Shown here piece after piece: positions 46,614 to 55,950 of a DNA stretch of 64,000 bases. Position 1 is the stretch's first letter. Each line of letters starts with the position of its first letter. This DNA comes from an uncultured Gammaproteobacteria bacterium (GTDB taxonomy: Bacteria > Patescibacteriota > Microgenomatia > UBA10105 > UBA927). Position numbers and translations under genes: made by a program. The DNA lies in contig CAYUZE010000004.1 of assembly GCA_964449585.1 (NCBI GenBank), forward strand, positions 51,063 to 115,062, given 5' to 3'. The notes below the pieces were generated by a model. It was not told the origin of the DNA, searched no databases, and saw nothing but the letters and a program-made list of their open reading frames with translations.

Positions 46614-48182
46614 ATGACAACCTTTATGCGTAGGGTAGCCCGATATCTCCCGACAATTATTCTCGTTGGTGTTTTACTTCTCGGCGCGTATCTTCGCCTT
46701 TACAAAATTTCCGAATACATGACGTTCCTCGGGGATGAGGGGCGGGATATGCTGGTGATAAAACGGATGATCGTTGATCACAAATTTACGCTCCTGGGGC
46801 CTACGGCATCGGTGGGAGGATTCTTTTTGGGACCCATCTACTATTACTTCATGTTGCCGTTTGTATGGATAAGCGGATTAAATCCCGCGGGAGCGGCGGT
46901 GATGGTTGCCCTGTTCGGCGTTGCCACCATTTATGCACTCTATCGGCTGGGGAAGGATGCGGTACATGAGTGGGTAGGTCTTTGTGCCGCCGCGCTCTAT
47001 AGCGTTTCACCGCTTGTTATCGCGTACTCACGATCATCATGGAATCCGAATCTTGTCCCGTTTTTTTCGGTAGTGCTCTTGTATGCGCTTTGGCGATCCG
47101 TCATCAAAAACGAATCGAAATGGCTGTTTTGGGTGGGGGTAACGTTAGGCATCGGATTGCAACTGCACTATCTTTTTCTCTTTTTGTTTCCCGTGGTTGG
47201 CGCCTGGTATCTGCTTTTGGGAAGAAAAAAAGAGTGGCTGCTTGCGTACGGGAAGGGGATAGCGGGGTTTGTCGTTGGCTACGGACCGTTTCTTGCTTTT
47301 GAACTGCGTCACGGATTCCCCAATACGATTTCGATTTATAATTTTCTCCGTGAAGGCGAAGGCACGGGATTCATTGCCGCAAATTTTTGGAATACGCTCG
47401 TTGATGTCATCTACCGATTGTTCGGAAGGCTTGTGTTTCGCTTGCCGCCGCCCGAACAATGGGTGAATCTTACCCCGACGGTGCAGACGGTATGGTCGGG
47501 AGCGGTGATAGCCTCCATCATTCTTTCCCTCTGTCTTCTTGTCGGGGTGGGATTGGGGTTATTCGAGAGAAAAAAGAAAACATTGTCTCAAGATCGCCGG
47601 ACGGCGTTGCTGTTTTCCTTGTGGTTAGGAATTCCGCTTATTCTTTTCGGGTTTTATAAAAAGGGCATTTATGATTATTATTTCGGAGTATTTTTTGCCG
47701 TACCGTTTTTGCTTGTCTCGTGGGTGTTATTTTCCATCAAAAAAATACCGATCGTACGATTCATCGTTCCCGTTATCGCGGCAATCCTTCTTATTTTGAA
47801 CTGGGAAGGACGGCCGTTTAAGTTTGCTCCCAACAATCAGCTTGCCCAGGCGCGGGAGATTGCCCGGGTTGCGTACGAGAAAACCGAAGGAAAACCCTAC
47901 AATTTTGCCCTGATAACAAACTCGAATTCCGACCATGCATATCGTTATTTCTTTGAAATATGGGGAAACCCTCCCGTTGCCATCCAAAACGAAACAATCG
48001 ATCCTGAACGGAAGAGTGTTACGGATCAGCTCATCATCATCTGTGAGCTTTCCGAGTGTAAACCCCTGGGTCATCCGTTATGGGAAATCGCCGGTTTCGG
48101 ACGTGCGGAAATAGCGGGTGAGTGGCAGGCATCTTTTGTCCGGGTCATGAAATTAGTACACTATACGGAAGGAGCGAAATGA
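46614..48182 (+). CDS. GT-C membrane glycosyltransferase, ArnT/PMT (GT39/GT83)-like
   Basis: Polytopic, with an early extracytoplasmic loop carrying the FLGDEGRDM DE motif; about 12 TM helices. Confidence 0.7.
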   Translation: MTTFMRRVARYLPTIILVGVLLLGAYLRLYKISEYMTFLGDEGRDMLVIKRMIVDHKFTLLGPTASVGGFFLGPIYYYFMLPFVWISGLNPAGAAVMVALFGVATIYALYRLGKDAVHEWVGLCAAALYSVSPLVIAYSRSSWNPNLVPFFSVVLLYALWRSVIKNESKWLFWVGVTLGIGLQLHYLFLFLFPVVGAWYLLLGRKKEWLLAYGKGIAGFVVGYGPFLAFELRHGFPNTISIYNFLREGEGTGFIAANFWNTLVDVIYRLFGRLVFRLPPPEQWVNLTPTVQTVWSGAVIASIILSLCLLVGVGLGLFERKKKTLSQDRRTALLFSLWLGIPLILFGFYKKGIYDYYFGVFFAVPFLLVSWVLFSIKKIPIVRFIVPVIAAILLILNWEGRPFKFAPNNQLAQAREIARVAYEKTEGKPYNFALITNSNSDHAYRYFFEIWGNPPVAIQNETIDPERKSVTDQLIIICELSECKPLGHPLWEIAGFGRAEIAGEWQASFVRVMKLVHYTEGAK

Positions 48183-48931
48183 CAAGCCCGTTTCTTTCGG
48201 TCGTTATTCCCTCGTATAACGAGGAAACCAATATCCGTTTAGGCAGTCTTGATAAGGTCTCACGGTACCTGGAAAAACAACCCTATACCTGGGAAGCTAT
48301 TCTTGTGGATGACGGATCTACGGATAAGTCGCCACTCCTTATGGATGCCTTTGCCAAGGCGAATCCGGGATTTACCGTGTTGCACAACCCGCATCGGGGG
48401 AAAGCGGAAACAGTCGTTGCGGGCGTAATGCATGCCAAAGGATCGATCGTGCTTTTTTCCGATCTTGACCAGGCCACCCCTATTGCCGAGCTCGAAAAAG
48501 TGCTTCCGTGGTTCGATAAGGGCTACGACGTCGTCATCGGGAGCCGTAACCGAAGACGGGAAGGGGCGCCGCTCTCGCGGGTTATCATGGCACGGGGATT
48601 TATGGTGCTACGGGGGATCATACTGGGACTCAAAGGAATAACTGATACCCAATGCGGCTTTAAGGCGTTTAAACGTCATGTCGCCAAAGATATTTTTTCT
48701 CGGTTACAGTTGTACGGAAAAAATCAGGAAGTGCAGGGTCCCATGGTGACGGCGGGATTTGATATCGAAGCGTTATTCCTCGCCAAAAAGCTCGGTTTCA
48801 AAATTAAGGAAGTTCCCGTGGAATGGCACTACGTCGAAACAAGACGGGTAAATCCGGTCAAAGATTCCCTGCAGGGATTTTTTGACATGATTAAGATCCG
48901 AAGGAACGCCTGGCAGGGCAAATACGCATGA
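48179..48931 (+). CDS. GT2 glycosyltransferase (polyprenyl-phosphate sugar transferase-like)
   Basis: LSVVIPSYNE, LVDDGSTD and SDLD motifs; ATGA overlap with the upstream gene. Confidence 0.8.
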   Translation: MTSPFLSVVIPSYNEETNIRLGSLDKVSRYLEKQPYTWEAILVDDGSTDKSPLLMDAFAKANPGFTVLHNPHRGKAETVVAGVMHAKGSIVLFSDLDQATPIAELEKVLPWFDKGYDVVIGSRNRRREGAPLSRVIMARGFMVLRGIILGLKGITDTQCGFKAFKRHVAKDIFSRLQLYGKNQEVQGPMVTAGFDIEALFLAKKLGFKIKEVPVEWHYVETRRVNPVKDSLQGFFDMIKIRRNAWQGKYA

Positions 48932-50070
48932 AACGCGTCCGGTTTCTTGTATCGCTTTTTTATCTTGCGTGTATCGCGTTATTTTTGTTTTCCTATACGC
49001 AGGTTGATTTGAATCTTACGCTGTCCCGGACCGGCGTTGTCCAGCATATCCAAAAATCGTTTCAATACATAGGATATTATCAGCGGCCGCTTGCTACCGC
49101 GATATACGGAAGTATCCTTTCGCTTTTTTTTGTTTTATACGGATACCTTTCATGGCTTGCGTACAAAAAGCAACTCACGCTCTCCGTGATTCGACGGCTT
49201 ATCGCGGGGGCGACATTGCTGCTTTTGTTCTCCTATCCCGCCGCATTTTCCTACGATTTTTTCAATTATCTCTTTACGGCAAAAACCGTTCTGGTTTATC
49301 ACCATAATCCTTACACCGTGATTCCGTTGCAGTTTGCCGGCATCGATCCATGGACGAATTTTATGCGATGGACGCACTTATCGAGCGCCTACACGCCGCT
49401 GTGGATAGCAATGAGTATGGTTCCGTATATCTTGGGGCTCGGGTATTTTATTCCGGTACTTTTCGCCACTAAATTTTTTATCGCCGCCTGTTATCTTGCG
49501 TCCTGTTATGCGATTGTCCGTATTGCGGAGGCTATAGATCCTGACAAAAAGCCGTTTATCCTGACCGTGTTTGCCTTAAATCCGTTACTCATCGTCGAAA
49601 CGCTGGTGAGCGGACACAATGACATCGTGCTTGTCCTGTTTGCTCTTTTTTCAATTCTTATGTACATAAAAAAGCGGTATGATGCAGCATGGCTTTTGCT
49701 CGGTTTGTCCGTGGCGACGAAATTGATGACGATATTTCTTGTTCCCGTATATCTGTTACGGAAGAACCGATGGTATCTGTTTGTTTTCATGGCTGCGGGA
49801 CTTATCCTGGTGCTGCTCAAACGGGAATTTTTGCCGTGGTACTGGGTATGGATGCTCCCGGTTGTTGCGTTAAACTATGAGCGCGTACGGCTCCTCCGCT
49901 TTTCTTTTGTCGTTTCCGCGGCGCTCCTCTTAAGTTATGCACCGTATCTTTACTATGGCGAATATTCAGCACTATCCCAGGCGTGGAAAACGGGAATCAT
50001 CTGGACAGGAGTGGCGCTGGGTGCCGTGACCGCAATCTTTTTCCCGAAACCGACCGCTACGAACGGATAA
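48928..50070 (+). CDS. Integral membrane protein, DUF2029/GT87-like putative glycosyltransferase
   Basis: Polytopic; the NPLLIVETLVSGHNDIVLV block resembles GT87/DUF2029 mannosyltransferase-like proteins. Confidence 0.5.
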   Translation: MKRVRFLVSLFYLACIALFLFSYTQVDLNLTLSRTGVVQHIQKSFQYIGYYQRPLATAIYGSILSLFFVLYGYLSWLAYKKQLTLSVIRRLIAGATLLLLFSYPAAFSYDFFNYLFTAKTVLVYHHNPYTVIPLQFAGIDPWTNFMRWTHLSSAYTPLWIAMSMVPYILGLGYFIPVLFATKFFIAACYLASCYAIVRIAEAIDPDKKPFILTVFALNPLLIVETLVSGHNDIVLVLFALFSILMYIKKRYDAAWLLLGLSVATKLMTIFLVPVYLLRKNRWYLFVFMAAGLILVLLKREFLPWYWVWMLPVVALNYERVRLLRFSFVVSAALLLSYAPYLYYGEYSALSQAWKTGIIWTGVALGAVTAIFFPKPTATNG

Positions 50071-50371
50071 AAATACCGGTAACAATCGCGCCCTGGACAA
50101 TAAGCAGCATACAGATCACCGCAATGATCGGTTTTGCCCGGTGGAGTATCCCGTAGATCAGCCAGCAACAAGAGACGGGTAGGAATCCGCACCGGGAAGT
50201 ACGGGAGACGCCCAAAAGATTCGATGCCGTCCCTACGCTGACCAGCTGAGGAACGTTGACAAGGACGGTGATACCTCCCATGAGGGAGGCGAATCGGTCA
50301 AGCGTACGGACGATTTTTGCGGATGATTTCTTGCGCCGTTTTTCCACCGCGTGATAAAAGCCACCCTGCAT
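50057..50371 (-). CDS. Possible small membrane protein (104 aa) on the opposite strand, in the only large gap of the glycan locus
   Basis: ORF with two hydrophobic segments. It fills an otherwise 370-nt intergenic gap and could be spurious. Confidence 0.3.
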   Translation of the reverse strand: MQGGFYHAVEKRRKKSSAKIVRTLDRFASLMGGITVLVNVPQLVSVGTASNLLGVSRTSRCGFLPVSCCWLIYGILHRAKPIIAVICMLLIVQGAIVTGIFIRS

Positions 50372-50439
50372 AAGGTCAGTGGAGCAGAGAAGGAATACGG
50401 TATTTCCTGGTTTTCACGGTTTTAGGATATAATGAATCC

Positions 50440-51972
50440 ATGCGGGGGAACAAAACGAAGCTATGGTTCGGTATCGGCGCCTTGGTTCTTGTGGCGCTCT
50501 ATTTTTTCACCCGGCTTTTTCACCTCACGGGGCTTCCCATATTTACCGATGAGGCGATTTACATCCGCTGGTCCCAAATAGGCATGCGGGATGCCAATTG
50601 GCGCTTTATATCGCTCACCGACGGGAAGCAACCCATGTTCACCTGGATCATGATGGTGCTGTTAAAGATTTTTGAGACTGCCGATCCCCTGTGGGCGGGG
50701 AGGCTCACCTCGGTAATTGCGGGATTCGGCACGCTGATCGGTGTCTGGTTTGTGGCATATGAATTGTTTCGCGATCGCCGGGTTTCGTGGGCGGCAAGTG
50801 TAGGCTATATTCTTTTGCCGTTCAGCACCTGGTACGACCGGGTCGCACTGTATGATTCGTTGGTTGCGACATTTGCCGTCTGGAGTTTGTACCTGGGGAT
50901 CCGTTTGGTGCGTAAGTTGCGGCTTGATACCGCACTGTTACTCGGTATGGTGCTGGGTACCGGGATGCTTAATAAAAGTTCCGGATTTTTGTCGCTCTAC
51001 TTTCTGCCCGCAACCCTTCTTTTATTTGATTGGCAACACAAGGAAAAGCGGCAAAAACTTTTACGGTGGATCGCGCTGGTTGCCGTAGCGGGTGTCCTTT
51101 CCCAGGTGATCTACAGCGTGTTACGGCTTTCACCGTTTTTTCACATGGTGGAGCAAAAAGATAACGTGTTTATTTTTTCCGTCAGCGAATGGTTGAATCA
51201 ACCGTTCCGATTCCTTGCGGGTAACCTTCGGGGGATGTTTGACTGGGTACGGCATTATCTCACCTTACCGGTATTTATCGCGGTCTTATTGCCGATCTTT
51301 ACAAGGTGGCCGAAAAACAGGGAGCGATGGTTCCTGTATGTCTGGTGGGCGCTTCCGTTTGCGGCACTTGCGACATTTGCAAAAATACTGTACCCGCGTT
51401 TTATCTTTTTTATGATGATGCCGCTGCTTATCGTTGCGGCTTCAACGGCGGTTACGGTATGGGACGCGATGAAAAATCGGATGGCACGCCTGCTCCTTGT
51501 TTTCGTGCTCGTCGTTCCTTCACTCTTTATGGATTGGTTTATTATTACCAATCCCGTTGCCGCCCCCATACCCGAATCCGAACGCGGGCAATTTTTGGAT
51601 GATTGGCCGGCAGGGTACGGAGTAAAGGAAGTGGTTACCTATCTTACCGCCGAGGCGGCGCATCAAAAAATACAGGTATTTACGGAAGGAACATTCGGAC
51701 TGCTTCCGTACGCGATCGAAATTTATCTTGTCGATAATCCGAACGTACGTATCACCGGTATGTGGCCGCTTCCAGAAACCATGCCTGATGCTATCGTTAC
51801 CGCGGCAAGCGAAAGCGCCACCTACTTTGTCTTGAACGAAACACAGACAAAACCGGATTGGCCGATGACGCTTATCGGCGAGTATCGAAAAGGGATGAGA
51901 GAAGACAAGCGGATGATGCGGTTCTATAGAGTGGATGCTCCGGTTGCCGATTTCGGTGCCGCAAAAAAGTAA
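50440..51972 (+). CDS. GT-C membrane glycosyltransferase, ArnT/PMT (GT39)-like
   Basis: FTDEAIY DE motif in the first loop; about 11 TM helices; GGATATAAT -10 upstream. Confidence 0.7.
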   Translation: MRGNKTKLWFGIGALVLVALYFFTRLFHLTGLPIFTDEAIYIRWSQIGMRDANWRFISLTDGKQPMFTWIMMVLLKIFETADPLWAGRLTSVIAGFGTLIGVWFVAYELFRDRRVSWAASVGYILLPFSTWYDRVALYDSLVATFAVWSLYLGIRLVRKLRLDTALLLGMVLGTGMLNKSSGFLSLYFLPATLLLFDWQHKEKRQKLLRWIALVAVAGVLSQVIYSVLRLSPFFHMVEQKDNVFIFSVSEWLNQPFRFLAGNLRGMFDWVRHYLTLPVFIAVLLPIFTRWPKNRERWFLYVWWALPFAALATFAKILYPRFIFFMMMPLLIVAASTAVTVWDAMKNRMARLLLVFVLVVPSLFMDWFIITNPVAAPIPESERGQFLDDWPAGYGVKEVVTYLTAEAAHQKIQVFTEGTFGLLPYAIEIYLVDNPNVRITGMWPLPETMPDAIVTAASESATYFVLNETQTKPDWPMTLIGEYRKGMREDKRMMRFYRVDAPVADFGAAKK

Positions 51973-51990
51973 CGGTAGGGCGGTACGGGT

Positions 51991-53583
51991 ATGAGAAAGA
52001 AAAAACCATCAATGCAAAAAAACTCCGGCCACTCACTTGCCCCGAACCGTGATAGGGAGAGTCCTTCGGGATTTTTCTCCCGTTGGTCGTTGCTCCTTAT
52101 TGCGGCGGCACTTTTTCTTGTTCTGACACCCCTGATGCGATCGGGATTTTTTATTACGGACGACGGTGAGTGGATGATAATCCGGCTGTCGGCATTCTAT
52201 CAAAGTCTCGCCGACGGACAATTCCCGGTGCGATTTTTGGGAAGATTGAACAACAGTTACGGCTATCCGGTGAGTAACTTTCTGTATCCGGGGTTTCTCT
52301 ACTTGGGATCCCTGCTGCATATTCTCGGCGCGTCATTTCAGGATGCGGTAAAAATCATCCTTGCCGGTTCCGTTGTCTCGGCCGTTATTGCCGTCTACGC
52401 GGGACTTCGGAAAAGATACGGAAGATGGGCACGGACCATGGGGGCAGTAAGTCTTGTCTTTGCTCCGTATCTCCTTTTTGATATGTATCATCGTGGGTCG
52501 GTGGGAGAAGTACTGGCGATCGCCGCCGCATCCTGGGCCGTCACCGCCATTGTCAGAGGGTGGGGGTGGTTGTTTGCCCCCATGATAGGGCTTCTTATCA
52601 TAAGCCATAATTCGGCGGCGCTCCTTTTGGGGATTGCAATCGCCACCCTTGCGATGAGCGTTCCGGCAAGAGGCATGTTTTTGACCGCCGGCGCAATCGG
52701 CGTGGGGTTTGCCAGTTTTTTCTGGATTCCCGCCCTTCTGGAGAAACATTTGGTTCGGTTTGATGCCGTCGTCATTTCGGATCCGTCATCGTACTTTATT
52801 ACGCCGCTGAATGCCGGACTTATCGGGTTGGGCACCGTGGTTGCGCTTGCGGTATTTCTGGGCTTACGGAAAAAAATTACCCGGTTTGAATCGGTTGCAT
52901 TTTTTTGGGCGATAGCGGGAATCATACTTGCGCTTCCGATTACTGCTCCCGTATGGAACATATCCGCATTTTCCGTCCTTTTTCAGTTTCCGTACCGCGC
53001 GTTGTTATTGCCCGTACTGTTCGGGCCGTGGATTATCGCCGCGGTTTTTGAACATCTTTCGGGTTGGCGGCGGGTCGCCTTATCCGCGGTACTTTTTTCA
53101 GTTTGGTTATCAACGGCATCCGTTCTATTGGGTGAGGTTTCTCCCGTACGGCGTGACACGGGCTATTACGTGACAAACGAAGCGACGACTACCGTCGCAA
53201 ACGAGTATATGCCCCGATGGGTGCATGATATCCCCGTGAATCGTCCCGTGGAAACCTTGGAAGTGATAAACGGCGACGCTCTCCTTTCAACGCGCACGTT
53301 TTCCGGCGAAAAAATCACCTTTACCGCGGAAGCAAAAGAGTCAAGCACGATTCAGATCAATAAAATTTATTATCCCGGATGGGGGATTACCGTTGACAAC
53401 CGATTGACGCCTATTGATTATGCGAACCGATTGGGAGTCATGCGTATCGAAATTCCCAAAGGAACCCATGTCGTATCCGCCGATTTTCGTGAGACACCGT
53501 TTCGATTGGCCGCGGATTTGATAAGTATCCTGTCGTTTATCTGTTATTGCATTGTGTTGCGGCGCCTAACGCACTCATCATGA
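51991..53583 (+). CDS. Large polytopic membrane protein, paralog 1 (putative GT-C-like; possibly PTPS-related/DUF family)
   Basis: Conserved block FFITDDGEWMIIRLSAFYQSLADGQFPVRFLGRLNNSYGYPVSNFLYP is shared with the next gene; about 12 TM helices plus a C-terminal extracytoplasmic domain. Confidence 0.55.
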   Translation: MRKKKPSMQKNSGHSLAPNRDRESPSGFFSRWSLLLIAAALFLVLTPLMRSGFFITDDGEWMIIRLSAFYQSLADGQFPVRFLGRLNNSYGYPVSNFLYPGFLYLGSLLHILGASFQDAVKIILAGSVVSAVIAVYAGLRKRYGRWARTMGAVSLVFAPYLLFDMYHRGSVGEVLAIAAASWAVTAIVRGWGWLFAPMIGLLIISHNSAALLLGIAIATLAMSVPARGMFLTAGAIGVGFASFFWIPALLEKHLVRFDAVVISDPSSYFITPLNAGLIGLGTVVALAVFLGLRKKITRFESVAFFWAIAGIILALPITAPVWNISAFSVLFQFPYRALLLPVLFGPWIIAAVFEHLSGWRRVALSAVLFSVWLSTASVLLGEVSPVRRDTGYYVTNEATTTVANEYMPRWVHDIPVNRPVETLEVINGDALLSTRTFSGEKITFTAEAKESSTIQINKIYYPGWGITVDNRLTPIDYANRLGVMRIEIPKGTHVVSADFRETPFRLAADLISILSFICYCIVLRRLTHSS

Positions 53584-55229
53584 AACGAGTCCTACCGTAT
53601 ATTTTGCTTGCGCTTGCGGGTTTTTTTGCCGTCCGGCCGCTCGTATCTCCGGGGTTCTTCCCGATGCACGATGATACGCAGGTTGCCCGTGTCATCGAAA
53701 TGGGAAGGGCGCTTCGTGATTTCCAGTTTCCCGTCCGATGGGTCAATGAGTTAGGGTACGGATACGGTTATCCGATTTTTAATTTTTACGGACCGTTACC
53801 GTATTATTTCGGCGGGTTGCTGTATGCCGTGGGTGTCCCCGCCGTTTTGGCAACCAAAATCATGTTTGCCGCAGGGATCCTACTGCCCGCATTGTTGGTA
53901 ACGCTGCTTATCGAACTGCCGTACGGACTTCTTGCCGGCGTACTCTTTCTTTTTGCGCCCTATCATGCGGTACAGATATACGTTCGGGGGGCGGTGGGTG
54001 AATATTGGTCCCTCGTGTTTTTCCCCCTTATTGCCTACTGGATTACGGGATGGGGAAAACCCGCAACAAAGAAGTCGGCGGCGGCGGGAGCGATCGGTAT
54101 CGGAGGAGTGATCCTCTCCCATACTCTGATGGGATTTGCGGTGACGATCTTCGTCGGGTGTTCCTTTGTCCTGTATCGGATGATTCGATATCTTCGTAAT
54201 CGCGACCGGCTTCGCGAAACGCTTTCCGCATCCTTTCCGCTGCTTCTCGGTATGGGGCTTGCGGGTTTTTTCTGGCTCCCTGCAATGTTTGAAATGCAGT
54301 TTACCGGGGTTTCCGGCCAGGTGAGTGCCAGTGCCGATTATAAGGATCACTTCGTATGTATCACCCAACTGTACGCATCACTCTGGGGATTCGGCGGATC
54401 CGCGAAAGGATGTGTTGACGGCATGTCGTTTATGGTCGGGAAAGCCCATCTGCTTCTCGGTTTTGCCGGACTGGTGACGGCGCTTGTATTGCGGCCGAAA
54501 CGAATGGCCGGACTTATAGGAGTTGCGGTCGCCGCGGCATTTGTAGGAGTATTGTTTGCTACCGAAGCTTCAAAATGGTTGTGGGATAGCATCCCCGGCT
54601 TTGCCTACCTTCAATATCCCTGGCGTTTTCTGGGGATTCTTATGTTCGGCACGTCACTCTTGGGAAGTTTTGCGATGCTCCCGGTAAAAAACGCCGTTGC
54701 CAAATGGGCGGCAACCATAGCCATTTGCGTCGGGGTTATACTGTTAAACGGCAAATGGTTTATGCCCCAATATACCTATGAGAAACCAAGTACCGCATTT
54801 GAAGCCCCTTCCGATGTCAGGTGGCGGGTGTCAAAAATTTCCGATGAATACCTTCCGCGTTCCGTCCCCCGGCCGGACACACCGAAAGAAGCTGATTTTG
54901 CTACAATAGAGGAAGGAAACGGCCTGTCGGCGCGGTTGCTGACAAAAACCACGACCCGGGAAGTATGGTCCGTCATTGCGGCGGAAGAGATGCCCGTTCG
55001 TATCAATAAAGCGCCGTTTCCCGGTTGGCGGTATTTTATTAACGATAAAGAAGTACGGCCGACCGTCAAAAACGGATTGCCCGAGCTTACTCTTGCCGCG
55101 GGTCAGTCGTATATAACCATGCGTTTTACCGATACGCCGATACGGGTTATCGGCAACGGTATTTCGCTTGTTAGCCTTATTATTTTTATTTATTATCTTT
55201 ATGCCAAGCAGCACAAAACCAAGCGTTAA
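53580..55229 (+). CDS. Large polytopic membrane protein, paralog 2 of 51991-53583
   Basis: FFPMHDDTQVARVIEMGRALRDFQFPVRWVNELGYGYGYPIFNFYGP aligns with paralog 1; ATGA overlap with it. Confidence 0.55.
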   Translation: MKRVLPYILLALAGFFAVRPLVSPGFFPMHDDTQVARVIEMGRALRDFQFPVRWVNELGYGYGYPIFNFYGPLPYYFGGLLYAVGVPAVLATKIMFAAGILLPALLVTLLIELPYGLLAGVLFLFAPYHAVQIYVRGAVGEYWSLVFFPLIAYWITGWGKPATKKSAAAGAIGIGGVILSHTLMGFAVTIFVGCSFVLYRMIRYLRNRDRLRETLSASFPLLLGMGLAGFFWLPAMFEMQFTGVSGQVSASADYKDHFVCITQLYASLWGFGGSAKGCVDGMSFMVGKAHLLLGFAGLVTALVLRPKRMAGLIGVAVAAAFVGVLFATEASKWLWDSIPGFAYLQYPWRFLGILMFGTSLLGSFAMLPVKNAVAKWAATIAICVGVILLNGKWFMPQYTYEKPSTAFEAPSDVRWRVSKISDEYLPRSVPRPDTPKEADFATIEEGNGLSARLLTKTTTREVWSVIAAEEMPVRINKAPFPGWRYFINDKEVRPTVKNGLPELTLAAGQSYITMRFTDTPIRVIGNGISLVSLIIFIYYLYAKQHKTKR

Positions 55230-55950
55230 TATCGTGCTTCCCGTGTATAACGAAGCGGTGGAATTGAAAACAAGTGTCGGCACCCTCATCCGGTACCTGG
55301 CAAAAAATCTCTCCGATTTTTCCTGGCATATAACGATCGCCGATAACGCAAGCACCGATGCCACTTTGAAAATCGCGCGTGAACTCAGTCGTACGTATCA
55401 ATCCGTGTCGGTAGAACATCTTTCGCAAAAAGGACGGGGAAGGGCGGTGAAGCACGTCTGGCGCAAAGGCGACTATGATTATCTTGCCTACATGGATATA
55501 GATCTTTCGACCGATCTGAAGCACCTGCCGCCGCTCTTGCATGCGCTCGAGCGGGGTTTTGACATGGCAATAGGGAGCAGAAATACGAAGGGAGCGAGAG
55601 TATTCGGGAGAAGCACGCTGCGGTCAATCACTTCCAAAGGATATATCAGCCTTATCAAGCTTTTTTTCTGGGTGAATTTCACCGATGCGCAATGCGGATT
55701 TAAGGCGGTCTCCCGAAGGGTCGTACGCGAGCTCATGCCGCAGGTGAAAGATAACGAATGGTTTTTTGACAGTGAACTCCTGATCGTCGGTGAGAAGAGC
55801 GGGTATCGGATTTACGAAGAACCGGTGACGTGGATCGATAATCCCGGGTCTACGGTGCGTGTCATGAAAACGGCGCTTGGGGACTTGAAAGGATTGTGGC
55901 GGTTATATACCACGCGGCCGTGGAGAAAGCTACCGTATGCCAGACATTGA
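55201..55950 (+). CDS. GT2 glycosyltransferase
   Basis: IVLPVYNE, IADNASTD and MDIDLSTD motifs. Confidence 0.8.
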   Translation: MPSSTKPSVNIVLPVYNEAVELKTSVGTLIRYLAKNLSDFSWHITIADNASTDATLKIARELSRTYQSVSVEHLSQKGRGRAVKHVWRKGDYDYLAYMDIDLSTDLKHLPPLLHALERGFDMAIGSRNTKGARVFGRSTLRSITSKGYISLIKLFFWVNFTDAQCGFKAVSRRVVRELMPQVKDNEWFFDSELLIVGEKSGYRIYEEPVTWIDNPGSTVRVMKTALGDLKGLWRLYTTRPWRKLPYARH

